Source of the DNA: Oscillospiraceae bacterium
Lineage (GTDB): Bacteria; Bacillota; Clostridia; Oscillospirales; Oscillospiraceae
Reading direction: 5' to 3'
DNA length: 45,306 bases
NCBI GenBank assembly: GCA_028705905.1
Contig: JAQWCP010000001.1
Location: forward strand, 1-45,306
Shown here: piece by piece, positions 15,304 through 25,443 of the stretch
Layout: each line of letters opens with the position of its first letter
How positions within the stretch are numbered: position 1 is the stretch's first letter
The notes under the pieces: model-generated
Told to the model about the DNA's origin: nothing
Databases searched by the model: none
The model's input: the letters and a program-made list of their open reading frames with translations, nothing else
Program-made: the position numbers and the translations under genes

Positions 15304-16736
15304 TGGCTACCACGTCAATCTGGCGGGTCAAGGGCTGGCTGGGTAAGCTGGTGGTCTATGTGGAAAATCCCGACAAGACCGAGAACCCCGCCTTTTATGA
15401 AAAGCCGGATATGACCGACCGGCAGGCGCAGGGCCTTTCGGACGTCATCGACTACGCGGTGAATCAAGAGAAAACAGAGAAAATCGAAGCCGACGACGAG
15501 GGCGCGCCGGTCATGCAGCAGTTTGTTTCCGGCGTGAACTGCACCCCTACCACCGCCCGCGACGAGATGATTTCCGTCAAGAAACGCTTTGGCAAGGACG
15601 GCGGCGTAATCGCCTACCACGGGTATCAATCCTTTGCCCCCGGCGAGGCCACCCCGGAGATCGCCCATGAGATCGGCCTCAAGCTGGCCGCCGCGCTGTG
15701 GGGCGAGAAGTATCAGGTGCTTCTCGCCACCCATTTGGATAAGGACAGTCACCTGCACAATCATTTTGTGGTGAACACCGTGTCCTTCGTGGACGGTATC
15801 CGCTACCACCGCACCGAAAAGGATTACTACGATATGCAAAAGGAATCCGACCGGCTGTGCCGGGAGTACGGCCTGTCGGTGATTGAGAACCCGGGGCGCG
15901 GCAAATCCAAGCACTACGGCGAATGGAGGGCCGAGCAGGAGCAGCGCCCCACCTGGCGCGGGCTGATAAAAAATGATGTGGATACTGCCATCCGCCAGTC
16001 AATGACGGAGCGGCAGTTTTTTCATGTCCTGAAAGAGATGGGCTATGAAATCAAGACCGGCAAGGATATTTCAGTGAAGCCCCAGGGCAAGGAGCGGTTT
16101 ATGCGCCTGACGAGGAATTTCGGCGAGGACTATTCCATCGAGGGAATCCGCAGACGCATCCTTGCGCAGAGCCGCCCGGAGCGCCCCATGCGGGAACAAA
16201 GGCCGGAGCCGAAGCGGTACAGGCTGAACGGCGACCTCAAAAAGACCCGGAAGATCACGGGCTTTCGCGCCCTCTACCTCCACTACTGCTATCTGCTGGG
16301 CGTGTTTCCCAAGAACAGGCCGCCCTCCCCGAAGCGCACCCATTTTTTGTACCGTGAGGACTTGCTGAAGGCGGAGGCGCTTTCCAAGGAGGCGCGGCTT
16401 TTGAGCGCCCATAAGATTGACACCGCCGAGCAGCTTACCGCCTATCAGTCGGGCGTGGACTCGGAGATCGGCGAGGTGACAGAGCGCCGGAAACAGCTTT
16501 ACCGCAAGCTGCGCACCAAGCCTGTCATGCAGGATGAAGCAAAGCAGGCAGAAATAAAAGCGCAAATCGCCGGTTTGACCGGGCAGCTTAAAACGCTGCG
16601 GCAGGAGGTCAAGCTCTGTGAGGACATCGCGGTGCGCTCCGGCATGATGAAAGAGAAAACTAAGACCGTCCGTGAGGACGAAAAATCCAGCAGAAAGGAG
16701 ATGCAGAAAGATGGTAAATTCAGGCGACGCGGCTGA
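15303..16736 (+). CDS. Relaxase/mobilisation nuclease
   Basis: The His-triad region HLDKDSHLHNHFVVN is present. The N-terminus (KGWLGKLVVYVENPDKT) is typical of Relaxase/Mobilisation nuclease domain proteins. The C-terminal part is coiled coil. Confidence 0.88.
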   Translation: MATTSIWRVKGWLGKLVVYVENPDKTENPAFYEKPDMTDRQAQGLSDVIDYAVNQEKTEKIEADDEGAPVMQQFVSGVNCTPTTARDEMISVKKRFGKDGGVIAYHGYQSFAPGEATPEIAHEIGLKLAAALWGEKYQVLLATHLDKDSHLHNHFVVNTVSFVDGIRYHRTEKDYYDMQKESDRLCREYGLSVIENPGRGKSKHYGEWRAEQEQRPTWRGLIKNDVDTAIRQSMTERQFFHVLKEMGYEIKTGKDISVKPQGKERFMRLTRNFGEDYSIEGIRRRILAQSRPERPMREQRPEPKRYRLNGDLKKTRKITGFRALYLHYCYLLGVFPKNRPPSPKRTHFLYREDLLKAEALSKEARLLSAHKIDTAEQLTAYQSGVDSEIGEVTERRKQLYRKLRTKPVMQDEAKQAEIKAQIAGLTGQLKTLRQEVKLCEDIAVRSGMMKEKTKTVREDEKSSRKEMQKDGKFRRRG

Positions 16737-17538
16737 ACAAATCGTGCGGATGAGCCTTGAAGGGGCTGAGTTCGCGCTGAAAATCACCGGTTCGGCGGCA
16801 AAAAATATAGCGGCGGCACTGTACGTGGTGCTGAAAGATCAGAACCGCACCAAGGGCAAGGCCCGCGTGGAATCCATGCTGCGGGAGAAAAGGCCGACCA
16901 CCATTTACACGGTGAAAAAAGAGGACTGCCCGGAGTTTGCCCGGCAGTCGAAGAAGTACGGGATTCTGTACGCCCCCATCCCTGTCAAAAAGACGGATGA
17001 CACCGTGGATATTATGGTGTTTGAGGACGATTCCGCCCGTGCCAACCGCATTGTGGAGAAATTCAAGCTCACCGCTGTGAATACGGCTTCCATCAAGAGC
17101 GAGATCGAAAAATCCAGAGAAGCGCGCGGCACCGGGCAGGCTGCCCCTGAGCAGGCCGCTCCCGAAAAGAGTAAAGACGATTTACTGCTTGACGAGCTTC
17201 TGGAGAAGCCCGCCCAAAAGGAAAAGGCGCAGCCGGAAAACACGAGGGCAGATAAAACCGATTCTTTTCAGAAATCGGCGGAAAAATCCCCTCCGTCCGA
17301 GCCTATCTCCGGGAGCAAAAGCAGGCCCGCAAAGGGTACTTCTGATACGCCGAAAAAATCAAGTCCGCAGCGAACATCAGTTCGTGAGGATTTAAGGGAG
17401 ATTCAGGCGCAGCGGAAGCAGGAAGCGGAAAAACCAAAGCGTGAAGAAAAGGCCGTTCCTGAGAAAAAGGCGGCGCAGAAAACAGCGCAGCATAAGCAGC
17501 CCACCCCCAAGAAAAAACCAAAATCAAAGGAGAGATAA
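16711..17538 (+). CDS. PcfB-family (DUF3801) protein with low-complexity K/E/P-rich tail
   Basis: ATG at 16711 lies 10 nt after AAAGGAG. The sequence MVNSGDAAEQIVRMSLEGAEFALKITGSAAKNIAAALYVVLKDQ matches the PcfB N-terminus, from memory. Confidence 0.82.
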   Translation: MVNSGDAAEQIVRMSLEGAEFALKITGSAAKNIAAALYVVLKDQNRTKGKARVESMLREKRPTTIYTVKKEDCPEFARQSKKYGILYAPIPVKKTDDTVDIMVFEDDSARANRIVEKFKLTAVNTASIKSEIEKSREARGTGQAAPEQAAPEKSKDDLLLDELLEKPAQKEKAQPENTRADKTDSFQKSAEKSPPSEPISGSKSRPAKGTSDTPKKSSPQRTSVREDLREIQAQRKQEAEKPKREEKAVPEKKAAQKTAQHKQPTPKKKPKSKER

Positions 17539-17543
17539 CCGTT

Positions 17544-18449
17544 ATGAGCAATTTTGATGATATTTTTAACACCCCTGCCGCACAGCCGGACGCGCAGGAT
17601 TTTGAAAACCAGCCCTTCGACAAGGACGCATGGGCGGAAAAGAAGCAGGCGGAGCGCGATCAGGTGTACGCCCTTGAGGATTCCACCGCTGAGACTATTG
17701 CACAGGACGGCGGAAAATTTAAGGAATACCTCGATGTGCAGAGCCACTTTGACCGCTATTCTGTGGGGAACGCCCTGCTGATTGCGGCGCAGATGCCGAA
17801 GGCCACCCAGCTCCGGGATTTTGATTCATGGAAAGAGAGCGGCGCTTCCATCAAGAAACAGCAGAAAGCCATCTCCATTTTGGAGCCGGGTGAGGAATAC
17901 ACCCGCGACGACGGCTCCACCGGCGTTTCGTATAACGTGAAAAAGGTGTTCGATATTTCACAGACGACCGCGAAAAGTCAGGCGAAGCCCGCCGTCAGTG
18001 TGGACGACCGCCTGCTCCTGAAAGCCCTCATCAACCACCCGCCCGTTCCGATCCAGACCGCCGCCGACCTGCCCGACAATGTGGGGGCTTACTACGATCA
18101 CGAGCAGCAGGCAATTTTCGTGAAGAAAGGCATGGACGCGCCGGACATTTTCCGCAGCGTGTCGATGGAGCTGGCCCATGCGGAGCTGGCGCGGGACAGC
18201 GAGGACTATTCCCGCCCGGAAGCAGGATTCAAAGCCTACTGTGCCAGCTATATGCTCTGTAAAAAGAACGGCGTCGATGTGGGCGGCTATAATTTCAAGA
18301 CCCTGCCGGACAGCTTCAAAAGCATGGAGGCGCAGGGCGTCCGCGCGGAGCTTTCCTCCGCGAAGGAGGCCGCGGACAACATTTCCATGCGGATGTCCAA
18401 GGTTTTGGAGCAGAACAAGGCCCCCAAGCACAAAGATCATGAAAGATAG
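17544..18449 (+). CDS. ArdC-like (ssDNA-binding N-domain + degenerate metallopeptidase-like C-domain) protein
   Basis: The sequence YSVGNALLIAAQMPKATQLRDFDSWKESGASIKKQQKAISI resembles the ArdC/DUF1738 N-domain. The C-terminal MELAHAE sits where an HExxH motif would be. The assignment is tentative. Confidence 0.45.
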   Translation: MSNFDDIFNTPAAQPDAQDFENQPFDKDAWAEKKQAERDQVYALEDSTAETIAQDGGKFKEYLDVQSHFDRYSVGNALLIAAQMPKATQLRDFDSWKESGASIKKQQKAISILEPGEEYTRDDGSTGVSYNVKKVFDISQTTAKSQAKPAVSVDDRLLLKALINHPPVPIQTAADLPDNVGAYYDHEQQAIFVKKGMDAPDIFRSVSMELAHAELARDSEDYSRPEAGFKAYCASYMLCKKNGVDVGGYNFKTLPDSFKSMEAQGVRAELSSAKEAADNISMRMSKVLEQNKAPKHKDHER

Positions 18450-18559
18450 GAAGTGTGCAGTTTGAAAGTAAACTTTCAAACATGGAGTTTTGTGCCTTTG
18501 CCGCAAAGAGGATAGCGGCAATTTTGCTGCGCAAAACCGGCAAAAACATCCGGAAAGGA

Positions 18560-18760
18560 ATGATGATTAAAATGGAAAAACAGGAAAAGGTTGTTCTGAT
18601 TCTCAACCCATACGAGCAGGGCGTGGTCATCAATGCCCTCAACGATATGCGAAGCGACTTGCTGAAAGAGGATCGCTCCACCGACGCGGTGGACGATGTG
18701 CTGTTAAAAACCATCGACGCCCCACCCAAGAAAGCGAAGTGGCGGGATGAAGCAAGATAA
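18560..18760 (+). CDS. Small hypothetical protein preceding the coupling protein
   Basis: The ATG at 18560 (or 18572) follows GGAAAGGA. The 18455 start would read through palindromic non-coding sequence. The ORF overlaps the T4CP start by 14 nt. Confidence 0.5.
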   Translation: MMIKMEKQEKVVLILNPYEQGVVINALNDMRSDLLKEDRSTDAVDDVLLKTIDAPPKKAKWRDEAR

Positions 18761-20567
18761 CCCGCGCGGTAATCTCCTGATTTATGCGCTCGGCCTGATT
18801 CCCGTGGTATGGCTGGGGCTGCTTGTCGCGCCCGCCATAAAAGGAGGGCTTCCCGAAATCCTGCAAAACCTGACGGCGGCAATCAACAACCCGTTTCAGA
18901 TTCAGTTGTGTGAGGACAGCGTAAAAACTGTCCTCTTTTTTGTTGCCGCCTATGGAATGGGAATCGGGATTTACCTTTCCACCCGCCGCAATTACCGCAG
19001 GCGCGAGGAACACGGCTCGGCCAAATGGGGCGACGCCAGGGCCGTGGATAAGAAATACCGGGCGAAAAAGCAGGAGGAAAATAAAATTTTTACCCAAAAC
19101 GTCCGCATGGGGCTGGACGGCAGAAAGCACCGGCGGAACCTCAACACAATGGTGGTGGGCGGCAGCGGCGCGGGCAAAACCCGCTTCTATGCCAAGGTCA
19201 ATCTCTGTCAGGCGAATACCTCTTTTGTGGTGCTTGACCCCAAGGGGGAGCTTGCCCGCGATACGGGCTATCTTCTGGAGCAAAAGGGCTACGAGGTGCG
19301 CGTGCTGGATCTGCTGAACATGGAAAAGAGCTTCTGCTACAACCCGTTTGTGTACCTCCGGGACGACAACGACGTGCAGCGGCTTGTGACCAACCTGTTC
19401 AAATCCACCACGCCCAAGGGCAGCCAGTCAAACGACCCGTTCTGGGATACGGCGGCCTCCATGCTGCTCCTTGCTCTTGCCTTTTACCTGCACCACGAAG
19501 CGCCGGAGGACGAGCAGAATTTCCCGATGGTCATGGAGATGTTAAGGGCCGGTGAAGTCCGGGAAGATGACGACAGCTATCAGTCGCCTTTGGATGAGCT
19601 GTTCGACCGGCTTGAAATGCGAAACTCGGAGCATATCGCTGTGAAGTATTACAAGGACTACCGTTCCGGCAGCGCCAAGACCCTGAAATCCATCCAGATC
19701 ACATTGGCGGCGCGGCTGGAAAAATTCAACCTTGCCTCCCTTGCGGCGCTGACCGCTACGGATGAGCTGGATTTACCGTCGCTGGGTGAAAAGAAGGTGG
19801 CGCTGTTCGCGCTGATTCCCGACAACGACTCCAGCTTTAACTTTTTGGTATCCATCCTCTACACCCAGCTATTCCAGCAGCTTTTTTATATCGCCGACCA
19901 CAAATACGGCGGGAGCCTGCCGGTTCCTGTCCACTTTGTCATGGACGAGTTTTCCAACGTGAGCCTGCCCGACGACTTCTGCAAGATTCTGGCCGTCATG
20001 CGGTCACGCTCGGTATTTGTATCCATTATCCTGCAAAACATCGCGGCGCTCAAGGCCCTGTTTGAAAAGGAATGGGAGGCGGTCATCGGCAACTGTGACG
20101 AATTTCTCTATCTCGGCGGCAATGAGCAAAGCACTCACAAATATGTTTCCGAGCTTTTAGGCAAGGAAACCATCGACACGAACACCTACGGCAAAAGCAC
20201 CGGCCACAGCGGCAACTACTCCACCAACTGGCAGATTACGGGCCGGGAGCTGATGACCCCGGACGAGGTGCGTATGCTTGACAACCGCTACGCGCTCCTG
20301 TTCATCCGGGGCGAGCGCCCGGTGCTGGACGACAAGTACGACATCCTGAAGCACCCCAATGTGGCGCTCACCACGGACGGCAAAATGCCGCCCTACGAAC
20401 ACGGCGGCACGGAAAACGCGGTGGCGGCTCTTGTGCCGGGCCACCTTTCACCGGGGGATTTACCAAAGCCGGAGGACATTGAAACCAACTGCGAGCTTCT
20501 GTCCGACGAGGACATGGAAGCCATTTTCCAAACAAAGAAGGAGGACACACAATATGAAACTGTTTAA
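18747..20567 (+). CDS. virD4: Type IV coupling protein (VirD4/TraG family)
   Basis: N-terminal TM segments are present. Walker A is VVGGSGAGKTRF. Walker B-like is VHFVMDEFSN. The length and position are typical. Confidence 0.9.
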   Translation: MKQDNPRGNLLIYALGLIPVVWLGLLVAPAIKGGLPEILQNLTAAINNPFQIQLCEDSVKTVLFFVAAYGMGIGIYLSTRRNYRRREEHGSAKWGDARAVDKKYRAKKQEENKIFTQNVRMGLDGRKHRRNLNTMVVGGSGAGKTRFYAKVNLCQANTSFVVLDPKGELARDTGYLLEQKGYEVRVLDLLNMEKSFCYNPFVYLRDDNDVQRLVTNLFKSTTPKGSQSNDPFWDTAASMLLLALAFYLHHEAPEDEQNFPMVMEMLRAGEVREDDDSYQSPLDELFDRLEMRNSEHIAVKYYKDYRSGSAKTLKSIQITLAARLEKFNLASLAALTATDELDLPSLGEKKVALFALIPDNDSSFNFLVSILYTQLFQQLFYIADHKYGGSLPVPVHFVMDEFSNVSLPDDFCKILAVMRSRSVFVSIILQNIAALKALFEKEWEAVIGNCDEFLYLGGNEQSTHKYVSELLGKETIDTNTYGKSTGHSGNYSTNWQITGRELMTPDEVRMLDNRYALLFIRGERPVLDDKYDILKHPNVALTTDGKMPPYEHGGTENAVAALVPGHLSPGDLPKPEDIETNCELLSDEDMEAIFQTKKEDTQYETV

Positions 20568-20892
20568 TAAGAAGGATACTCACGAGCTGCCGATGGGTCA
20601 AAAGAGCAAGCGCGGTCTGGCGGTTTATGCCGCCGTGGTTCTCATGCTCTGCTGCTGCACCACCACAGCCTTTGCCGCTGGCGACCCGATAGCGGTGGTC
20701 AACAACCTGTCGGATTTCATCTTCGGGCTGATCCGCGCCATTGGTATGATCCTGCTGGGCTTTGGCATCGTGCAGATCGGCCTTTCCCTCAAATCCCACG
20801 ATCCCAGCCAGAGGGCCAACGGCTTTATGACTTTGGCCGGCGGCGTGGTCATCACCTTTGCAAAAGAAATCCTTACCCTGATTGCGGGCTGA
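20554..20892 (+). CDS. Maff2-family small membrane protein (pilin-like)
   Basis: ATG at 20554 follows AGGAGGA. There is a signal/TM segment, AAGDP, and then two hydrophobic helices. The 20359 start would lie deep inside the T4CP gene. Confidence 0.7.
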   Translation: MKLFNKKDTHELPMGQKSKRGLAVYAAVVLMLCCCTTTAFAAGDPIAVVNNLSDFIFGLIRAIGMILLGFGIVQIGLSLKSHDPSQRANGFMTLAGGVVITFAKEILTLIAG

Positions 20893-20952
20893 TTATCACG
20901 ACATCACAGGCAGGCCCGCACTGGACGGGCCTGCCTTTAGGGAGGTGTCTGA

Positions 20953-21789
20953 ATGTCTGATAATTGGATTGTACAAAACCTCGAAAATGCTTTGAATACC
21001 TGGAACGCAAAGCTGGCCGAAATCTGGCAGCTCATCACACAATCACCCACGGAATTTAAGGGCGGCACCATCTGGAACGTCATGGTGAACATTCACGGCG
21101 CGGTGCAGGCCATCGGCTATGCGCTCTTGGTGCTGTTCTTTGTGATCGGCGTGGTCAAGACCTGCGGCAGCTTTGCCGAGGTCAAAAAGCCCGAACACGC
21201 TGTCAAGCTGTTTATCCGTTTCGCGTTGGCAAAAGGAATTATCACTTACGGTCTGGAGCTGATGCTGGCGCTGTTCTCCATCGTGCAGGGGATGATTTCC
21301 TCCATTATGAGCGCCAGCGGCATGGGCGGCAGCACGGCCACGGTCTTGCCGGAGAGCATCGTCACCGCTGTGGAAGATTGCGGATTTTTTGAATCCATCC
21401 CCCTGTGGGCGGTGACGCTCATCGGCGGGCTGTTCATCACGGTACTCAGCTTTATCATGATTATGACCGTGTACGGCAGATTTTTCAAACTCTATCTTTA
21501 TGCGGCTATCGCTCCCGTCCCGTTCTCCACTTTTGCCGGGGAGCCGAGCCAGAACGTGGGCAAGAGCTTTATCAAAAGCTATGCCGCAGTCTGCCTGGAG
21601 GGCGCGATTATCGTCTTGGGCTGTATCATCTTCTCCCTGTTCGCCTCAAGCCCGCCCGCGATTGACCCCAACGCGGCGGCGGTCACGCAGGTGTGGAGCT
21701 ATGTGGGCGAGCTTTGCTTTAACATGTTAATCCTCGTCGGTGCGGTCAAAATGGCTGACCGTGTCTCGCGAGAGATGTTCGGATTATAA
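20953..21789 (+). CDS. VirB6/TrbL-like polytopic conjugation membrane protein
   Basis: GGGAGG RBS. There are at least five hydrophobic helices. It sits between Maff2 and PrgI, as in related ICEs. Confidence 0.65.
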   Translation: MSDNWIVQNLENALNTWNAKLAEIWQLITQSPTEFKGGTIWNVMVNIHGAVQAIGYALLVLFFVIGVVKTCGSFAEVKKPEHAVKLFIRFALAKGIITYGLELMLALFSIVQGMISSIMSASGMGGSTATVLPESIVTAVEDCGFFESIPLWAVTLIGGLFITVLSFIMIMTVYGRFFKLYLYAAIAPVPFSTFAGEPSQNVGKSFIKSYAAVCLEGAIIVLGCIIFSLFASSPPAIDPNAAAVTQVWSYVGELCFNMLILVGAVKMADRVSREMFGL

Positions 21790-21808
21790 CGGAAAGGAAA
21801 GGTGAGCC

Positions 21809-21997
21809 ATGACGGAAAACACAAGAATCTATCACCGCTTCACAGGCTACACCGTGGCGGACTGTGACTGTAAATACTGCCTGCACTACGGCGGCAAGCG
21901 CAAGGGCTGTGTTCTTGATACCTGCTGCTGCGCCGAAGAACGCGCACAGGCGCTTGCCCGTGAACAGGCGGAGAAAGGACAATCAGTATGGAAGTAA
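21809..21997 (+). CDS. Cysteine-rich VLP-type small protein
   Basis: The sequence YTVADCDCKYCLHYGGKRKGCVLDTCCCAEER contains 7 Cys. AAAGGTGAG RBS. The ORF overlaps the PrgI start. Confidence 0.65.
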   Translation: MTENTRIYHRFTGYTVADCDCKYCLHYGGKRKGCVLDTCCCAEERAQALAREQAEKGQSVWK

Positions 21998-22329
21998 AAA
22001 TCAATAGAGAGATTCGGAATTACACCGAATCCATGTTTTTCGGGCTGTCCATGCGGCAGTTCATTTTTTCGATTCTCGCCTGCGGTGTTGCCGTGGGCCT
22101 TTATTTTATCCTGCGCCCCTACTTCGGCGTGGAAACCCTGTCGTGGATGTGTATTCTCGGCGCGGCTCCCTTTGCCATGCTGGGCTTCATCACCTACCAC
22201 GGCATGACCGCCGAGCAGTTTATCTGGGCGTGGCTGCGCTCGGAGATGATCGAGCCGAAGGAGCTTCATTTTGAAGCAGCCAACCTTTACTACGAGGCGC
22301 TAAAAGACAAGATTGGAGGCAAAGTATGA
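21988..22329 (+). CDS. PrgI-family (VirB3-like) protein
   Basis: The sequence KINREIRNYTESMFFGLSMRQFIFSILACGVAVGLYF is the PrgI pattern. ATGA couples it to virB4. Confidence 0.8.
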   Translation: MEVKINREIRNYTESMFFGLSMRQFIFSILACGVAVGLYFILRPYFGVETLSWMCILGAAPFAMLGFITYHGMTAEQFIWAWLRSEMIEPKELHFEAANLYYEALKDKIGGKV

Positions 22330-24659
22330 TTAAAACGCTCAAAAACCTGCTGAGGCAGGACAAGGAACGCTACACCGTCCCGAAAAAGGTGCAGGATGTC
22401 ATCCCCATTCGTCGCATTTGGAAGGACGGTATTTTTATGGTCGGCGGCAAGTTCGCCAAGACCTACAAATTCACCGACATCAACTACCTTGTGGCCAGCC
22501 GGGAGGATAAGGAATCCATGTTCCTGACCTACTCCGAGCTGCTCAACTCCCTTGATTCCGGCGCGACCACCAAAATCACCATCAACAACCGCAGACTGAA
22601 CAAAGCAAATTTTGAACAGTCCATCCTCATGCCCATGCGCGGTGATTCCAGAGATGTGTACCGTAAGGAATACAACCAAATGCTTCTTGATAAGGCCACC
22701 GGCGCAAACGGGATTATGCAGGAGAAATATCTCACCGTTTCTGTGGCAAAAAAGGATATTGAGGAAGCCCGGACGTACTTTGCCCGCGTGGGCGCTGACC
22801 TCATTTCCCACTTTGCCGCCCTCGGCTCCCGGTGTACCGAGCTGGACGCCACGGAAAAGCTCCGCGTCCTGCACGACTTCTACCGCGCCGGGGAGGAAGC
22901 CGCTTTTCACTTCGACGCGAAAGATATGATGAAGAAGGGCCACGATTTCCGCGACTATATCTGCCCGGATTCTATTGAAAAGAACAGCGATTACCTGAAG
23001 CTGGGCGAGAAGTTCTGCCGGGTTCTTTTTCTCAAAGACTACGCCAGCTATATCAAGGACAGTATGGTAACGGAGCTGACCGACTTAAACCGCAACATGA
23101 TGTTGTCCATCGATATTGTGCCCATCCCTACGGACGAGGCGGTGCGGGAGGTGGAAAACAGGCTGCTGGGCGTGGAAACGAATATCACCAACTGGCAGCG
23201 CCGCCAGAACAGCAACAATAACTTCTCGGCGGTGATTCCCTACGACATGGAGTTGCAGCGCAAGGAAAGCAAGGAGTTTCTGGACGACCTGACCACCCGC
23301 GACCAGCGGATGATGGTTGCCGTCATCACAATGGCGCTCACGGCGGACACGCTGGAGCAGCTTGACAGCGACACCGAGGCTATCCTCTCCATTGCCAGAA
23401 AGCATATGTGCCAGTTAGCGCCTCTGAAGTTCCAGCAGTTCGACGGCCTGAATACGGCGCTGCCCATCGGCGCGCGGAAAATCAACGCCTTCCGTACCCT
23501 CACAACGGAGAGTTTGGCGGTATTCATCCCCTTTAAGGTGCAGGAGATTCAGGACAGGGGCGGTATCTACTTTGGGGAAAACGCCATTTCCCACAACCTC
23601 ATCCTGTGCAACAAGGAAAACCTTTTGAATCAGTCGGCCTTTTTGCTGGGCGTACCCGGCTCCGGCAAATCCTTTTCCGCCAAGGAGCTGATTGCTTTCC
23701 TGATTCTGAACACCGAGGACGATGTGCTGATCTGCGACCCGGAGGGGGAATTTGCGCCTCTGATTGAAGCGATGGGCAACGAGATTGGCACGGTCATCCG
23801 CGTGGCGGCGGGAGGCAAAGACCGATTGAACGCCATGTATATGGTGGACGGCTACGGCGAGAACAACCCCATTGTGGAAAAGTCGCAGTTCATCATGTCG
23901 CTGGTGGAGCAGATCGACAAGAACGGCGTCGGCCCGCAGCACAAGTCCATCATCGACCGCTGCACGGCGGCGGTCTACAAGGACGCGGCAAACGGCGGCA
24001 AAACACCCACCCTCTGCACCCTGCGCGAGAAGCTGATGGAGCAGCCGGAGGACAAGGCCAAGGAAATCGCCCTTTCGATGGAGCTGTTCACCACAGGTTC
24101 TTTGGATATTTTCGGGCATGAAAGCACAGTTGACCTGGACAAGCGCGTGGTGGTGTTCGACATCCACGGCCTGGGTACTCAGCTCAAGCCCACCGGCTTG
24201 CTGGTTATCACCGACACCATCCTAAACCGCGTGACGGAAAACTGGAAAAAGGGCAAGCGCACCCATGTGTTTATTGACGAGTTCCACGTCGTATTCGAGA
24301 ACGAGTACAGTGGGGCTTTCTTCAATTCCGCGTGGCGGCAGTTCCGCAAGCGTAACGCTTATCCAACGGCGATTACGCAGAATGTGGAGTATCTGCTGGA
24401 TTCTGTACAGGCAAGCACCATGCTCAGTAACTCCGAATTTGTGGTGATGCTCAATCAGGCGGCCTCTGACCGGGAAAAGCTGGCGCGGCTTCTCAATATC
24501 TCCAACGAGCAGATGAGCTATATCACCAACGCGGACGCGGGCTGCGGCTTAAACAAGTACGGCAGCTCCCTTGTACCGTTTATCAACCGATTCCCGAAGA
24601 ACACAGAGCTGTATCAGCTCATGACGACCAAGCCCGGTGAGGGTGTGTTTGGGGGCTAA
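22326..24659 (+). CDS. virB4: VirB4-type conjugation ATPase
   Basis: 777 aa. Walker A is GVPGSGKSFSAKE. Walker B-like is HVFIDEFHV. Confidence 0.92.
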   Translation: MIKTLKNLLRQDKERYTVPKKVQDVIPIRRIWKDGIFMVGGKFAKTYKFTDINYLVASREDKESMFLTYSELLNSLDSGATTKITINNRRLNKANFEQSILMPMRGDSRDVYRKEYNQMLLDKATGANGIMQEKYLTVSVAKKDIEEARTYFARVGADLISHFAALGSRCTELDATEKLRVLHDFYRAGEEAAFHFDAKDMMKKGHDFRDYICPDSIEKNSDYLKLGEKFCRVLFLKDYASYIKDSMVTELTDLNRNMMLSIDIVPIPTDEAVREVENRLLGVETNITNWQRRQNSNNNFSAVIPYDMELQRKESKEFLDDLTTRDQRMMVAVITMALTADTLEQLDSDTEAILSIARKHMCQLAPLKFQQFDGLNTALPIGARKINAFRTLTTESLAVFIPFKVQEIQDRGGIYFGENAISHNLILCNKENLLNQSAFLLGVPGSGKSFSAKELIAFLILNTEDDVLICDPEGEFAPLIEAMGNEIGTVIRVAAGGKDRLNAMYMVDGYGENNPIVEKSQFIMSLVEQIDKNGVGPQHKSIIDRCTAAVYKDAANGGKTPTLCTLREKLMEQPEDKAKEIALSMELFTTGSLDIFGHESTVDLDKRVVVFDIHGLGTQLKPTGLLVITDTILNRVTENWKKGKRTHVFIDEFHVVFENEYSGAFFNSAWRQFRKRNAYPTAITQNVEYLLDSVQASTMLSNSEFVVMLNQAASDREKLARLLNISNEQMSYITNADAGCGLNKYGSSLVPFINRFPKNTELYQLMTTKPGEGVFGG

Positions 24660-24678
24660 GAAAGGAAGGTCATGCTAA

Positions 24679-25443
24679 ATGGAAGCAAACACTTTAAGCG
24701 TCCACCCGCAGATTTTAGAACTGTATGCGGTGCTGGAACAAAACGGTCTGCACCGGCAGAAAGAGGAAGTGCAATCCCTTGTGAAGTATATCGAGGGCGC
24801 GGACGATAAGCTGTCGCTGATGATGGCCGAGATTCAGGAAATGCGCGGGGAAATCAGCAAGCTCCACGACAAGGGCGTCCGCGCGAAATGCTCTCAGCTT
24901 ATCGGCAAGGTCGAAAGCAAAATCCAGCAGGCAAAAGCAATGGTTTCAACGACGAAAAACAACCTGATCGCCTCTGCCGGGAACGCGGTCAAGACCTTCA
25001 GGGAAAAGGGCCGCGCCGCCTTTGTGCAGGCGGTGGGGGCCATGCGGATTCCCGCCGCCCTCTCCCACATGAAAAACGGTCTTTCCCATGCCGCGCAGTC
25101 CATGAACGAGAGCGCCGGACGGCTGGATGCTATCCGTGGGGAGCTGCACGAGATGGGCGGCCACATGGGAAACGCGGGCCGCGCCCTGCTGGGAAAACCG
25201 GCGAAGCAGTCCGAAAAGCTGGAATCCGACAAGGGTGTGCTTGCAAAGCTGCGCTCGTTTCTGGAGGGAAACGGCAAAGTGTTTTCCTCTATGGCGCGGG
25301 GCGCGGACAACCTGCTCGGCAAGCTCCAGAGTGAAAGACCGTCCGAGGATAAAAAGCAGTCGGTCAAATCGGAGCTTGCACAGCTCAAAACAGAACTTTC
25401 GCAAAAACCAAAAGCGCCTGCCGTAAAGGAACAGGCGCGATAG
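24679..25443 (+). CDS. Coiled-coil conjugation-associated protein, unknown function
   Basis: 254 aa, helical and charged. This slot after VirB4 is conserved in this ICE type, from memory. Confidence 0.6.
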   Translation: MEANTLSVHPQILELYAVLEQNGLHRQKEEVQSLVKYIEGADDKLSLMMAEIQEMRGEISKLHDKGVRAKCSQLIGKVESKIQQAKAMVSTTKNNLIASAGNAVKTFREKGRAAFVQAVGAMRIPAALSHMKNGLSHAAQSMNESAGRLDAIRGELHEMGGHMGNAGRALLGKPAKQSEKLESDKGVLAKLRSFLEGNGKVFSSMARGADNLLGKLQSERPSEDKKQSVKSELAQLKTELSQKPKAPAVKEQAR

